Shown in pieces: positions 34,167 to 43,591 of a stretch of DNA of 64,000 nt. This DNA comes from an uncultured delta proteobacterium. Lineage in GTDB: Bacteria > Desulfobacterota > Syntrophobacteria > Syntrophobacterales > Syntrophobacteraceae. The notes beneath the pieces were generated by a model, which saw only the letters and a program-made list of their open reading frames with translations, had not been told where the DNA came from and did not search any database. The position numbers and the translations under genes are program-made. The first letter of the stretch is position 1, and the number at the start of each line of letters is the position of its first letter. The stretch lies in contig CAVUGX010000043.1 in assembly GCA_963741035.1 (NCBI GenBank), forward strand, positions 25,899-89,898, in the 5' to 3' direction.

Positions 34167-36224
34167 TTACTTCAAAAGTGGCACGATCAGCAGCGCGACA
34201 ATGTTGACGACCTTGATCATCGGGTTGATTGCCGGGCCGGCCGTATCTTTGTACGGGTCGCCTACGGTGTCGCCGGTAACCGCTGCTTTGTGAGCTTCCG
34301 AACCCTTGCCGCCGTACATGCCGTCTTCGATGAACTTCTTTGCATTATCCCAGGCGCCGCCGCCGCTCGTCATCGCTATGGCCTGGAACAGACCGGTGAC
34401 GATCGAGCCGATGAGCACGCCGCCGAGGGCCTCTTTACCTAACCCGAATCCGACAATGATCGGTGCGGCTACCGGGATGAGCGCGGGAAGCATCATCTGC
34501 TTGATGGCGCTCTTGGTGACGATGTCAACGCACTTGCCATATTCGGGTTTTGTCGTCCCTTCCATGATGCCGGGGAGTTCGCGGAACTGGCGGCGAACTT
34601 CCTCTACAACCCCGCCTGCAGCCTTACCAACCGCTTCCATCAGGAGCGAGCCGTAGAAGTAGGGCAGAAGGCCGCCTATGAAAAGGCCGACGATGACCAG
34701 CGGGTTCGAGAGGTCGAACACGACATGGCCGGGGACCGAACGGGAGTATTCGGCGAAAAGGACCAGGGCGGCAAGAGCGGCCGAACCGATCGCGTAACCC
34801 TTCGTAACGGCCTTGGTGGTGTTGCCTACCGCATCCAGGGGATCGGTTACCTCGCGGACGCTGTCGGGAAGTTCAGCCATTTCGGCGATGCCGCCCGCGT
34901 TGTCCGTGATCGGGCCGTAGGAGTCGATGGCGACAACGATGCCTGTCATGGAGAGCATCGCAACGGCGGAAAGAGCGATTGCGAAAAGACCGCCGGTGGG
35001 ATTGCCGGCGAAACCGCCGCCGAGCTGATAGGCCCACAGGATGGCGCCGCAGATTACGAGCGCAGGGGCGGCGGTGGACTTCATGCTGACCGCCAGGCCG
35101 GCGATAACGTTGGTTCCATGGCCGGTAGCGCTGGCAGCCGCAATGTGCTTAACCGGGTTGAAGCTCTTGGATGTAAAATATTCGGTGATCATAACGATCG
35201 CGCCGGTCAAGACGAGACCGATGAGCGCGCAAGTGAAAACGCTCACTGCCGTGAAGCCGCCGGTCTTTAAGTTCGGCAGCTTCAAAAACCAGTCAGAGGC
35301 GAAATAAAAGGCCACCGCAGCCAGGATACCTGCGACCGCGAGACCCTTATAGAGTGCACCCATTATGTATTCGTTCTTGCCAAGGCGCACGAAGTAGGTG
35401 CCGATGATCGAAGCAACGATCGAGATGCCTCCGATGAGAAGGGGGAATTCCACCCAGGGGCTGTCGGCGCCAAAAACGGTTTTCGCCAGCAGCATTGCGG
35501 CGACCAGCGTAACTGTGTAGGTCTCGTAGAGGTCTGCCGCCATGCCTGCGCAGTCGCCGACATTGTCGCCGACGTTGTCAGCGATGACCGCTGCGTTTCT
35601 TGGATCGTCCTCAGGGATTCCGGCTTCCACTTTTCCGACCAGGTCGGCCCCGACGTCAGCAGCCTTGGTGTAGATGCCGCCCGCGATACGAGCGAAAACG
35701 CTCATGAGTGAGCATCCAAAGCCGAGGCCGATAAGGGCGTGGAAGACTTCGTCAATTTTGTCCGCAGGGACCATCGATTTGGCCACAAGGTAGTAGCCGG
35801 TAATGCCGAGAAGTCCCAGGCCGACGACCATGATCCCTGTAACCGACCCGCCTTTGAAAGCGACCGAAAGGGCTGCGCTCAATCCTCGTTTTGCGGCTTC
35901 CGTCGTACGCACATTGGCTTTTACGGATACCATCATGCCGATGTAACCCGCAAGGGCCGAACCGCAAACGCCGATGAGAAATCCGATCGAGGTCCATTTG
36001 CCAAGGTAGAGCAGTACTATGGCAAGCACCACCGCGACAATGGCGACTGTCTTGTATTCCCTGTTCAGAAATGCCGTGGCGCCTTCCCGGATAGCTTCCG
36101 AGATCGCTTGCATCTTTTCGGAACCGGCGCTTTGCTTGGAAACCCACGCAGCGGTCACCAGAGCATAGATTACGCCGAGACCACCACATGCAAGGGCAAA
36201 CATGGCGATCACACTTGCGTTCAT
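34167..36224 (-). CDS. hppA: Membrane-bound proton-translocating pyrophosphatase, K+-independent type
   Basis: The protein has 685 aa and is polytopic. The motifs DNVGDNVGD and [10 protein letters not shown] are present, and the Lys in GNTTKA is the K+-independent signature. Confidence 0.9.
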   Translation of the reverse strand: MNASVIAMFALACGGLGVIYALVTAAWVSKQSAGSEKMQAISEAIREGATAFLNREYKTVAIVAVVLAIVLLYLGKWTSIGFLIGVCGSALAGYIGMMVSVKANVRTTEAAKRGLSAALSVAFKGGSVTGIMVVGLGLLGITGYYLVAKSMVPADKIDEVFHALIGLGFGCSLMSVFARIAGGIYTKAADVGADLVGKVEAGIPEDDPRNAAVIADNVGDNVGDCAGMAADLYETYTVTLVAAMLLAKTVFGADSPWVEFPLLIGGISIVASIIGTYFVRLGKNEYIMGALYKGLAVAGILAAVAFYFASDWFLKLPNLKTGGFTAVSVFTCALIGLVLTGAIVMITEYFTSKSFNPVKHIAAASATGHGTNVIAGLAVSMKSTAAPALVICGAILWAYQLGGGFAGNPTGGLFAIALSAVAMLSMTGIVVAIDSYGPITDNAGGIAEMAELPDSVREVTDPLDAVGNTTKAVTKGYAIGSAALAALVLFAEYSRSVPGHVVFDLSNPLVIVGLFIGGLLPYFYGSLLMEAVGKAAGGVVEEVRRQFRELPGIMEGTTKPEYGKCVDIVTKSAIKQMMLPALIPVAAPIIVGFGLGKEALGGVLIGSIVTGLFQAIAMTSGGGAWDNAKKFIEDGMYGGKGSEAHKAAVTGDTVGDPYKDTAGPAINPMIKVVNIVALLIVPLLK

Positions 36225-36729
36225 TTAATCCTCCTAGTTGAATTGTTTTTGATTCAGTTCACAAACTTGAGGGGCGGACGCCGCCCCTCGAACATTAGCC
36301 TCATTTTCCAGAATTACGCTTTCATATGATAATCTAATGGTAATCTAATCTCGAACCGCGTGAATCGCGGTTTCGGAATGAAAATCACCAGTATTTGAAA
36401 AGGGTAGCTTTTTTTACGCGGGTTGTTCCGTCTCATTCCAGCAGGTATTTATAGAACCGGATCTAATCTGACTAACCGAGGAGGAACGGACCTGAGGCGG
36501 ATTCTGACTCGCACTACGTAGACATATTCTCCAAAAACCTTCCAGAGTTTTGTCTGAGTACTGAAGGACCATAAAATATACTGGTTTCCCACGCGCGACA
36601 AACCTAATTGATGGTCGTCGGCTTGTCAAGAGAAAGTAACCTTTTCGAAATAAAGAAGACGGTTTAAGGCTGGGCTCGACTTGGTCCCGGTCTTTAACCG
36701 GCATAGCCGCTTTTTGCTATGACCTTCCA

Positions 36730-37494
36730 TCAAATCTCAACCTCATCCCCGGGTTCGGGCATCAAGACCTCGAGATCCTTGACTTCTGCACTCACACGCA
36801 AAATGTCATCCCGCCTCTCACGCCGTTCCTGACGCTGGATGTGCACCAGGGCCAGCGAGCGGGCTTTCGCCTTTCGAGCGAAGCCGATGCAGCTATTGAT
36901 GCTTGCGTGTCCCGGGACATTCGTTTCCAGGCGGAAAGCCTCGTGAATCACAAGATCGGCGGCGCGCGCGAGCGAGAGCGTTTCATCGGTTGAAAGTCCG
37001 TCCCCGCTGTAGGATACCGATTTGCCTCCCTTTTCGATGCGGACGGCCAAGTCTCTTTGAGGATGCCCATTTACGGCGGTTTGCCACGTAACACCTGCGG
37101 CTTCGACAACATCTCCCGGTTCGACCGTCAGATAGCGGATATCGTAGGCAAACCTGTCCGCGACAGACGAATAGGCCAGCTTAAGCACCCGGGGCACTAT
37201 TTCGTCTATTGCTTGCTGGCCCAGGATAAAGAGAGGCTTTGTACGCTTCATTTCCCAGAAACGAGTAAGCATGGCGGGCAGGCCGAAGAAATGATCCCCG
37301 TGAAAATGCGATATCCAGATTGCGTCAAGATCGTCCGCATCCGTGCAACTTTTCCAGAATGGGGGAGGGGAAGTGAAGCCGCAGTCCAATAGGATCGAAC
37401 TTTTATTGAGGCGCTCTGTCCCCCTGACCCATATGGACGTGTTTGGAAGGTCCTCGTCGAAAGCTTCACCGACCCCGATGAATTTTATTCGCAC
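36730..37494 (-). CDS. MBL-fold metallo-hydrolase (RNase Z-like)
   Basis: The HxHxDH motif appears as SHFHGDH, and downstream His/Asp ligands are present. Confidence 0.75.
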   Translation of the reverse strand: MRIKFIGVGEAFDEDLPNTSIWVRGTERLNKSSILLDCGFTSPPPFWKSCTDADDLDAIWISHFHGDHFFGLPAMLTRFWEMKRTKPLFILGQQAIDEIVPRVLKLAYSSVADRFAYDIRYLTVEPGDVVEAAGVTWQTAVNGHPQRDLAVRIEKGGKSVSYSGDGLSTDETLSLARAADLVIHEAFRLETNVPGHASINSCIGFARKAKARSLALVHIQRQERRERRDDILRVSAEVKDLEVLMPEPGDEVEI

Positions 37495-37688
37495 TGTTTT
37501 CCTCTTCGCACCCGGGTTATTCGACTTTCATATATAATTTAGTACAGGTATTTAGATTCAGCAAAAGGGGTTTGTTCCGGAAGACCGCGTGTCTTACATT
37601 ATCCGGGCAGTCGATTGTACTGTGCCGGATTGCGAAGGACGGGTTCATTGTAATTAATGTGAGTATACTTTCATAATGGAGAGAGCCT

Positions 37689-40610
37689 ATGGCGGCAAAA
37701 AGCGAATTTGAACTGATTTTTGAGAAGGAAATTCCCGAGCTGAAGGGCCTCGTCCGGTTTTACCGGCACATCCGGACCGGCGCCGAATTGCTTTCGATAA
37801 TAAACGAGGAAGATAATAAAGTATTCGGCATCTGCTTTCGCACGCCGCCGCCCGACTCGAGCGGGGTCGCACATATCCTGGAACACTCGGTCCTTTGCGG
37901 TTCAAGGAAATACCCGGTGAAGGAGCCCTTCATCGAGCTGGTGAAAGGTTCACTCAAGACATTTCTCAATGCCTTCACATATCCTGACAAAACCTGCTAT
38001 CCCGTGGCCAGCCAGAACGTCCAGGATTTCTACAACCTGGTCGACGTCTATCTGGATGCGGTTTTCTATCCGCGCTTGACGCCTTTTGTCCTCCAGCAGG
38101 AAGGATGGCATTACGAACTCGATGACCCTGAAGGTCCACTGACAATCAAGGGAGTCGTCTACAACGAGATGAAGGGGGTCTATTCCTCGCCCGACAGTAT
38201 GCTCTCGGAGATATCCCAGCAGTCTCTTTTCCCGGACACGACATACGGGCTGGATTCGGGCGGAGACCCGCGGGTAATCCCCAGCCTGAGCTTCCAACAG
38301 TTCAAGTCATTCCACGAGAGATTCTGCCACCCTTCAAACGCAAGGATATATTTTTACGGCAACGACGACCCTGACCGAAGGTTGGAAATAATTCATGAAT
38401 ACCTCAAGGACTTCAACCGGACCGAGCCCGAATCCGGTGTCCCCCTTCAAGGGTCCAAGACCGAGCCGGTCCGGATCGTCAGATCGTTTGCGGTGGGTGA
38501 AGACGAGGCTGCGGGGGGAGAGCCCAAAAGCATGGTGACGGTAAACTGGCTTCTTCCGGAAACAACCGACCCCAGCCTCAATCTTGGTTTCCAAATCCTC
38601 GAGTACGTTCTTCTCGGCATGCCCGGGTCCCCGCTGAAGAAGGCCCTGATCGAATCCGGGCTGGGCGAAGACATTGCTGGAGGGGGCCTTGAGACCGAAC
38701 TGCGTCAACTCTACTTCTCTACCGGTCTCAAGGGAATCCGCGCTGAAGATGCCGACAAGGTCGAAAAGCTTATCCTCGAAACTCTATCTTCTCTCACGCA
38801 GAAGGGTATCGACCCTGCAACAGTCGAAGCGGGGGTGAACACGATTGAATTCCGGCTCCGCGAAAATAACTATGGCAATTTTCCGCAGGGGTTGGCGATC
38901 ATGCTGCGCTCACTGTCCGCCTGGCTCTATGATGCCGATCCGACCTCTCTATTGGCCTTTGAATCGTCTCTGAACCAAGTAAAGCAAAATCTGAAATCGG
39001 GCGGTTTTTTGGAAGGCCTCATTGACCGGCACCTTCTTGGAAACCCGCATCGGACTGTTGTTTTGCTGCAACCGGAGCCAGGACTTGGGGCAAAGGAACT
39101 TGAAGAGGAAGCCAAAAAGCTTGCGGGAATCAAGAATTCGCTTTCTCATGATGAAATCCACCGGGTAATCGAAAACGCCAAAACGTTGAAGGGTATGCAG
39201 TCGAGTCCGGATTCACCGGAAGCATTGGCCACCATCCCCGTACTCAGGGTTTCCGATCTGGACAGGCGCAACAAAATAATTCCCGTGGAACCGATGTCTG
39301 TCGAAGGCGCGTCCGGGTTTTACCACGATCTTTTTACAAGCGGCGTAACTTACCTGGACGTTGGATTCAATCTTCAGGCACTCCCTCGGGAGTATCTGCC
39401 CTATGCGCCTCTTTTCGGCCGGGCTCTCCTCGAGATGGGGACGGCCTTTCAGGATTTTGTATCCCTTTCCCAAAAAATCAGCCGCAAGACAGGCGGCATT
39501 CGCTCAGAGGTGTTCACCTCCGCCGTGATCGGTGACAGCGCCCCGGCCACATGGCTTTTTTTGCGGGGCAAGAGCATGATTCCGCAGGTCGGCGATCTTG
39601 TCGATATCCTTGCGGAAGTGCTCGGCTCCGTTAAACTGGATGACAGGGAAAGGTTCCGTCAAATCGTGTTGGCGGAAAAGGCTAAACAGGAAAGAAAAAT
39701 TGTTCCCAACGGCCATCAGGCAGTCAATCAGCGTATCCGCGCTCACTTCAACCAGGCGGACTGGGTGAAGGAGTTGACCGACGGAATAAGTTATTTCCTT
39801 TTCCTGGGAGAGCTTGCCAGGGAGATCGATGAAAACTGGAGCAAAGTGGTTTCAGATTTGGAAGAGGTCCGCAGACTGCTCGCCAGTCGTTCAAACATGG
39901 CTTTCAATTTGACGAGTGAAAGGAAAGACTTCCACCCTGTCGAGCTTGCATTGCGTAATTTTCTCAGTGCCATTCCGGACCGACCGACAGCGATAGAGTC
40001 ATGGCAGCCCCGGCTTTTCCCTGAATTCGAAGGGATAATTATCCCTTCGCAGGTAAACTACGTTGGAAAAGGCGCGGACCTCTACCGGGCGGGCTACGAA
40101 CTGCACGGTTCGAGCAAGGTCATAACCGGCTATCTTCGCACTTCCTGGCTTTGGGAAAAGGTGCGGGTCCAGGGAGGCGCCTACGGAGGGTTCTGCCTCT
40201 TCGACCGTATATCCGGCGTCTTCACCTTTGTTTCCTACCGCGACCCGAACCTGCTCAAAACTATTGAAAACTTCGACGGTACCGCGAATTTCCTGCGCAC
40301 AGCCGATCTTTCCGACGATGAAGTCCGCAAGGCTATAATCGGAGCGATCGGTGAACTCGATTCCTACATGCTGCCGGATATGAAAGGATATGTTTCGATG
40401 CTGCGCCACCTCACCGGCGACTCCGAGGAAGTCCGCCTGAGGATGCGCGACCAGATATTGGGGACTACCGCAAAAGATTTCAGGGCCTTTGCGGAGGCAC
40501 TCGAAAAGGTGAACAGGGACGGAATTGTCAAAGTACTGGGGGCACAGGCAGCCATCGACTCCGCTCTGGCCGAACGCCCCCGGTGGCTGAACACTTTCCG
40601 GCTATTGTAA
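37689..40610 (+). CDS. Peptidase M16 (insulinase/PreP-like) zinc metalloprotease
   Basis: The inverted zinc motif HxxEH appears as HILEH within AHILEHSVLCGSRKYP. The ~970 aa four-domain length is typical of PreP-like enzymes. Confidence 0.85.
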   Translation: MAAKSEFELIFEKEIPELKGLVRFYRHIRTGAELLSIINEEDNKVFGICFRTPPPDSSGVAHILEHSVLCGSRKYPVKEPFIELVKGSLKTFLNAFTYPDKTCYPVASQNVQDFYNLVDVYLDAVFYPRLTPFVLQQEGWHYELDDPEGPLTIKGVVYNEMKGVYSSPDSMLSEISQQSLFPDTTYGLDSGGDPRVIPSLSFQQFKSFHERFCHPSNARIYFYGNDDPDRRLEIIHEYLKDFNRTEPESGVPLQGSKTEPVRIVRSFAVGEDEAAGGEPKSMVTVNWLLPETTDPSLNLGFQILEYVLLGMPGSPLKKALIESGLGEDIAGGGLETELRQLYFSTGLKGIRAEDADKVEKLILETLSSLTQKGIDPATVEAGVNTIEFRLRENNYGNFPQGLAIMLRSLSAWLYDADPTSLLAFESSLNQVKQNLKSGGFLEGLIDRHLLGNPHRTVVLLQPEPGLGAKELEEEAKKLAGIKNSLSHDEIHRVIENAKTLKGMQSSPDSPEALATIPVLRVSDLDRRNKIIPVEPMSVEGASGFYHDLFTSGVTYLDVGFNLQALPREYLPYAPLFGRALLEMGTAFQDFVSLSQKISRKTGGIRSEVFTSAVIGDSAPATWLFLRGKSMIPQVGDLVDILAEVLGSVKLDDRERFRQIVLAEKAKQERKIVPNGHQAVNQRIRAHFNQADWVKELTDGISYFLFLGELAREIDENWSKVVSDLEEVRRLLASRSNMAFNLTSERKDFHPVELALRNFLSAIPDRPTAIESWQPRLFPEFEGIIIPSQVNYVGKGADLYRAGYELHGSSKVITGYLRTSWLWEKVRVQGGAYGGFCLFDRISGVFTFVSYRDPNLLKTIENFDGTANFLRTADLSDDEVRKAIIGAIGELDSYMLPDMKGYVSMLRHLTGDSEEVRLRMRDQILGTTAKDFRAFAEALEKVNRDGIVKVLGAQAAIDSALAERPRWLNTFRLL

Positions 40611-40725
40611 GAGTTTTTAGTTTTTAGTTTTGAGTTTTGTGAGTCTTGAAGAGTTTTGAGTTTTTGAGTGTAAAACCAAAAGATGCTGTGATCCATGCCC
40701 AGCTCAAAACTCAAAACTCCTCGGG
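40611..40725. repeat. GAGTTTT heptamer array plus a 17-bp inverted repeat (candidate bidirectional terminator hairpin)
   Basis: The array reads gagtttttagtttttagttttgagttttgtgagt... The arm gagttttgagtttttgag at 40651 pairs with ctcaaaactcaaaactc at 40703-40719. It lies between convergent genes. Confidence 0.55.
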
Positions 40726-40729
40726 TCTT

Positions 40730-40915
40730 TTATAGCTTCTCCGGCTTGCAAAGGTTTCCCGCATCAGCGGCAGCCCGTCCGCAATTGCCGCAGACGTATT
40801 TCGGATTGCGCACCAGTTCTTTGTACTCCTTCAAGTTAGATTCGACAAAACCGATATTCTGAAGATAGCACAGGTGCTCCTCATGACTCGGATGTGGCAT
40901 TTTTTTCTCAGCCAT
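40730..40915 (-). CDS. Small conserved Cys-containing protein (61 aa)
   Basis: The start was moved to MAEKKMPHPSHEEHLCYLQNIGF at 40915, which has GAGGAAAAA upstream. The protein also carries YVCGNCGR...NLCKP. Confidence 0.5.
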   Translation of the reverse strand: MAEKKMPHPSHEEHLCYLQNIGFVESNLKEYKELVRNPKYVCGNCGRAAADAGNLCKPEKL

Positions 40916-41149
40916 TTTATTTTTCCTCATAATTGGTATTATAGAAATAAGCAAGCCCAAGCTTTTCGATTGCGCGGCCGAACTCACAGTACCTTTCCCG
41001 GAAGAAAACATCTCGTGCCGCACCGCCAATAACCTCTGGAGGTTGCACAGTTAAATTAAAATAAGAATAGTCTCGAAGCTGAACAAGCGGGTTGGGGTTC
41101 CGGTGATTTTGCTGCTGAAGATACTATTTCCGGGCATGCGCCGCGCTTC

Positions 41150-41329
41150 TCAGCTCGCGCCCGAGTCCCCTCCGCCTATAATAGCGTTCAATTGGTTTAT
41201 GAGGTTTTCCTGGGACTTCGAGCATTTATCGCACGAACTCAGGTGGTCCAAAAACGCGGTGATGTTCCAACCTTCGTAGGTTTTTATCCCCAATTCGATG
41301 GGGTCCTTCCCGCAAAGCAGGTTAAGCAT
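41150..41329 (-). CDS. Possible small protein (59 aa) with an HxxxCxxC (ZAS-like) motif, below the ORF-track length cutoff
   Basis: Hand translation gives MLNLLCGKDPIELGIKTYEGWNITAFLDHLSSCDKCSKSQENLINQLNAIIGGGDSGAS. GGGAG lies 7-8 nt upstream of the ATG. Confidence 0.3.
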   Translation of the reverse strand: MLNLLCGKDPIELGIKTYEGWNITAFLDHLSSCDKCSKSQENLINQLNAIIGGGDSGAS

Positions 41330-41487
41330 AGTAAGCTCCCGTATATATGTTCAAATTGTCTATACCGCAAATGAGCCGGATGCGGAATAAAAAAGCGATC
41401 CCTGCATAGGGGTTTCCATTTGCTATAAGTTTTTGCATACTTTTTCGGTAGTCTTTACTCCTTAACCATTTTCTTCAACTTTTCGTT

Positions 41488-41515
41488 TTGACATTCAAAT
41501 CGAACCAGATATTTT
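41488..41515 (+). promoter_or_regulatory. Sigma70-type promoter candidate for the XRE-S24/TcmP-like operon
   Basis: The pattern is TTGACA-N16-TATTTT. It is followed by a 7-bp inverted repeat, GTGGTGA at 41518-41524 and TCACCAC at 41550-41556, which could be an operator or a leader hairpin. Confidence 0.4.
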
Positions 41516-41581
41516 GTGTGGTGAACCCGATCCGAAAAGAGGGAAGCGCTCACCACGAAAAGCAGATAGGCAGGCAGGAAA

Positions 41582-42286
41582 TTGCTGTCCGAGAGACTTA
41601 AAAAAATCATCCGTGATTCCGGTTTGACGCTCGGGCAATTTGCCCAAAAAACCGGAGTTTCCAAAAACACGTTGATAAACTACCGCGACGGAGTAACTTC
41701 TCCTTCTGCAGAGTTTCTGGAGTCTGTTTGCCGGGAGTTTTCGACTGATCCATGCTGGTTGCTCCTGGGCGAGCAAGCCGCCGGGACCGGATTAGTAGCG
41801 GGCAAATCGGCAATTGAGGAAATCACGTGCTATTCCCTCATTCCACTCCTGGAATCGCGTGTGACAGCCGGGCCGCAAGGAGAAATCCTTTACGGCGAAA
41901 TCTCTGACCATCTCCCTTTCAAGAAATGCTGGATCGAAAAGTTGGCGGGAAAAAGCTCGGAACGGCATAGGAGTCTTTTCCTGATGCGAGTCAGGGGAGA
42001 TTCGATGTCGCCAATTATAAACCAGGGAGAGATAGTTCTGGTGGACGGCAGCGATGCTGAGCGCCTCGCGGTGCTCGCGGGGCGCATATACCTGGTAATT
42101 CTGCCCGACGGGACCACGGCTCTCAAAAGATTAGTCCTGAGCTCGAATGTGAGCGGCCTCAAGCTGGTTTGCCTATCCGACAACACCGCAGACTATCGTC
42201 CGTTCGAATTTGCCCTGGATTCGGAAAGAAAACTTAAGTCGTATGTGTTGGGGCGGGTGCGGTGGGCAGGGAAAGAGTTTGAATGA
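41582..42286 (+). CDS. XRE-family HTH plus S24 (LexA/CI-like) self-cleaving repressor
   Basis: The start is TTG. The HTH region is LTLGQFAQKTGVSKNTLINYRDG. The S24 domain carries catalytic Ser in RGDSMSP and Lys in TALKRLV. Confidence 0.8.
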   Translation: MLSERLKKIIRDSGLTLGQFAQKTGVSKNTLINYRDGVTSPSAEFLESVCREFSTDPCWLLLGEQAAGTGLVAGKSAIEEITCYSLIPLLESRVTAGPQGEILYGEISDHLPFKKCWIEKLAGKSSERHRSLFLMRVRGDSMSPIINQGEIVLVDGSDAERLAVLAGRIYLVILPDGTTALKRLVLSSNVSGLKLVCLSDNTADYRPFEFALDSERKLKSYVLGRVRWAGKEFE

Positions 42287-42302
42287 CCGGAAAGGGGGGG
42301 GA

Positions 42303-43463
42303 ATGGCTACTGCGAATTATACCGAAAAAGAAGCGGCATCCATTAGAAATGAGCTGCTAAAGGCCTATCTGGAGCCGCTCTTTATGATCAACGGTCAGCG
42401 GGAAGCGAGGATTAATTACATAGACTGCTTTTCCGGACCCTGGCAGAAGGCAAAGCAGGACCCGGAAGATACTTCAGTAGCCATCTCTCTCGGCATTATG
42501 GAGAAGTGCCACAATGATTTATCGGAAAAATTCCGGAAAGACGTTCACTTTCGCGCGTTATTCATTGAAGGCGACAAAAACTCTTTTGGCCGGCTCGAGA
42601 GCTTTCTGAAATCCGAATCCTGGGGTGGTGTCGATACCTTTTGCCTCAAGGGTGATTTCTACGATCTGCGGGAGGAAATATTGTCGTGGTGCGGTAATCG
42701 GGATTTGAGCATTTTCTTCGTCGATACGACGGTATTGAGGCATATGGCGATTCAAACCCTGCAACCTCTTCTGGGAAGAGCATCTTCCGAGTTTCTCATC
42801 AGTTCCAGCTTTGGTTCCATCCTTCGAGGCAATGCTCAAACGAGCTTTGAGGAGCAATTAAAGTCAGTTTTCGGCGAGGTGCCGGATACTTCGCATATCG
42901 CGCCGGAAGAAAAGGAAAGATTCTTGCTCGACCTGTATTGCCGGGAACTTAGAGTTTCTGCGTCTACATTGGAAGGGCAAACTCCGCGTTGCGCACATAT
43001 GAGGCTCCCGAATCCAAAAAAAGACCGCGCAGCTCATGATCTTGTCTATCTGAGCTGGGATGCGCCGGGCATAGTAACTTTCATGGAAGCCTCCGAACAA
43101 CTGGAAATTGAACGGAGGAAGGAAGGCGCCCTGGCAAGTCAATCCAAAAAAATCAAGCGCAGCGGTCAGCTCGAGCTTTTTTCAGCGGACAAATTGGTTG
43201 GAGAAGAACCGGCGGCCGATCCGGGAAAAGTAAAAGAGTACTGGCTGACCAGACTGTCAAAGACTCCTGAACGGTTCGGGGTTGCCGAGTTCGCCGACAT
43301 GATGGAAGAAACCGGTTGGTTTATGAGCGATTTTCAAAAGGCGTTTTTAGAGCTGGAACGCGAAGGAAAGGTCAAAAACCTCGCCTCTACCGGCATGCGA
43401 ACCGAAAACCCCGTTCATTATTGGGCAAATGGAAATCGGGGCGAGCTTCTGGTAAAGGTGTGA
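42303..43463 (+). CDS. TcmP-like (three-Cys-motif partner protein family) protein with a C-terminal winged-helix-like extension
   Basis: The ATG at 42303 follows a G-rich SD, 16 nt after the repressor stop. The motifs YIDCFSGPW, ALFIEGDKNSFGRLESFL, IFFVDTT and HDLVYLSWD resemble the TcmP / methyltransferase-like fold as recalled. No Gp37/Gp68-type partner gene is present. Confidence 0.5.
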   Translation: MATANYTEKEAASIRNELLKAYLEPLFMINGQREARINYIDCFSGPWQKAKQDPEDTSVAISLGIMEKCHNDLSEKFRKDVHFRALFIEGDKNSFGRLESFLKSESWGGVDTFCLKGDFYDLREEILSWCGNRDLSIFFVDTTVLRHMAIQTLQPLLGRASSEFLISSSFGSILRGNAQTSFEEQLKSVFGEVPDTSHIAPEEKERFLLDLYCRELRVSASTLEGQTPRCAHMRLPNPKKDRAAHDLVYLSWDAPGIVTFMEASEQLEIERRKEGALASQSKKIKRSGQLELFSADKLVGEEPAADPGKVKEYWLTRLSKTPERFGVAEFADMMEETGWFMSDFQKAFLELEREGKVKNLASTGMRTENPVHYWANGNRGELLVKV

Positions 43464-43591
43464 GAGCGCACTTGCACCCAGGCCTGCCATGTCCGTACTG
43501 TGCAGGAAAAGTGCGCGCTGGATGTTGCCGGGTTAGGAACCTCCCTGTGCTCTTGGGGGCCGCGATGAGACGCAGGTCCCCAAATTCCGAT

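Noticed and set aside
36268-36290. GC hairpin gaggggcggacgccgcccctc considered as a terminator
   Set aside because: No U-tract is present on either strand. It lies in the hppA 5-prime leader region, so its function is unclear and it was not called.
36414-36704. 96 aa minus-strand ORF in the hppA to MBL-hydrolase spacer
   Set aside because: It has no SD, an atypical Ser/Arg-rich composition and no motif. It lies in what is more likely the hppA promoter/leader region.
41192-41374. 60 aa plus-strand ORF from the track
   Set aside because: It is antisense to the 59-codon minus-strand ORF, which has an SD and an HxxxCxxC motif. The plus-strand version has neither.
41582-43463. Interpretation of the XRE-S24 region as a prophage or integrative element
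   Set aside because: No integrase, excisionase, att-like direct repeats, or structural or replication genes lie within the islet. It is retained only as a two-gene module.
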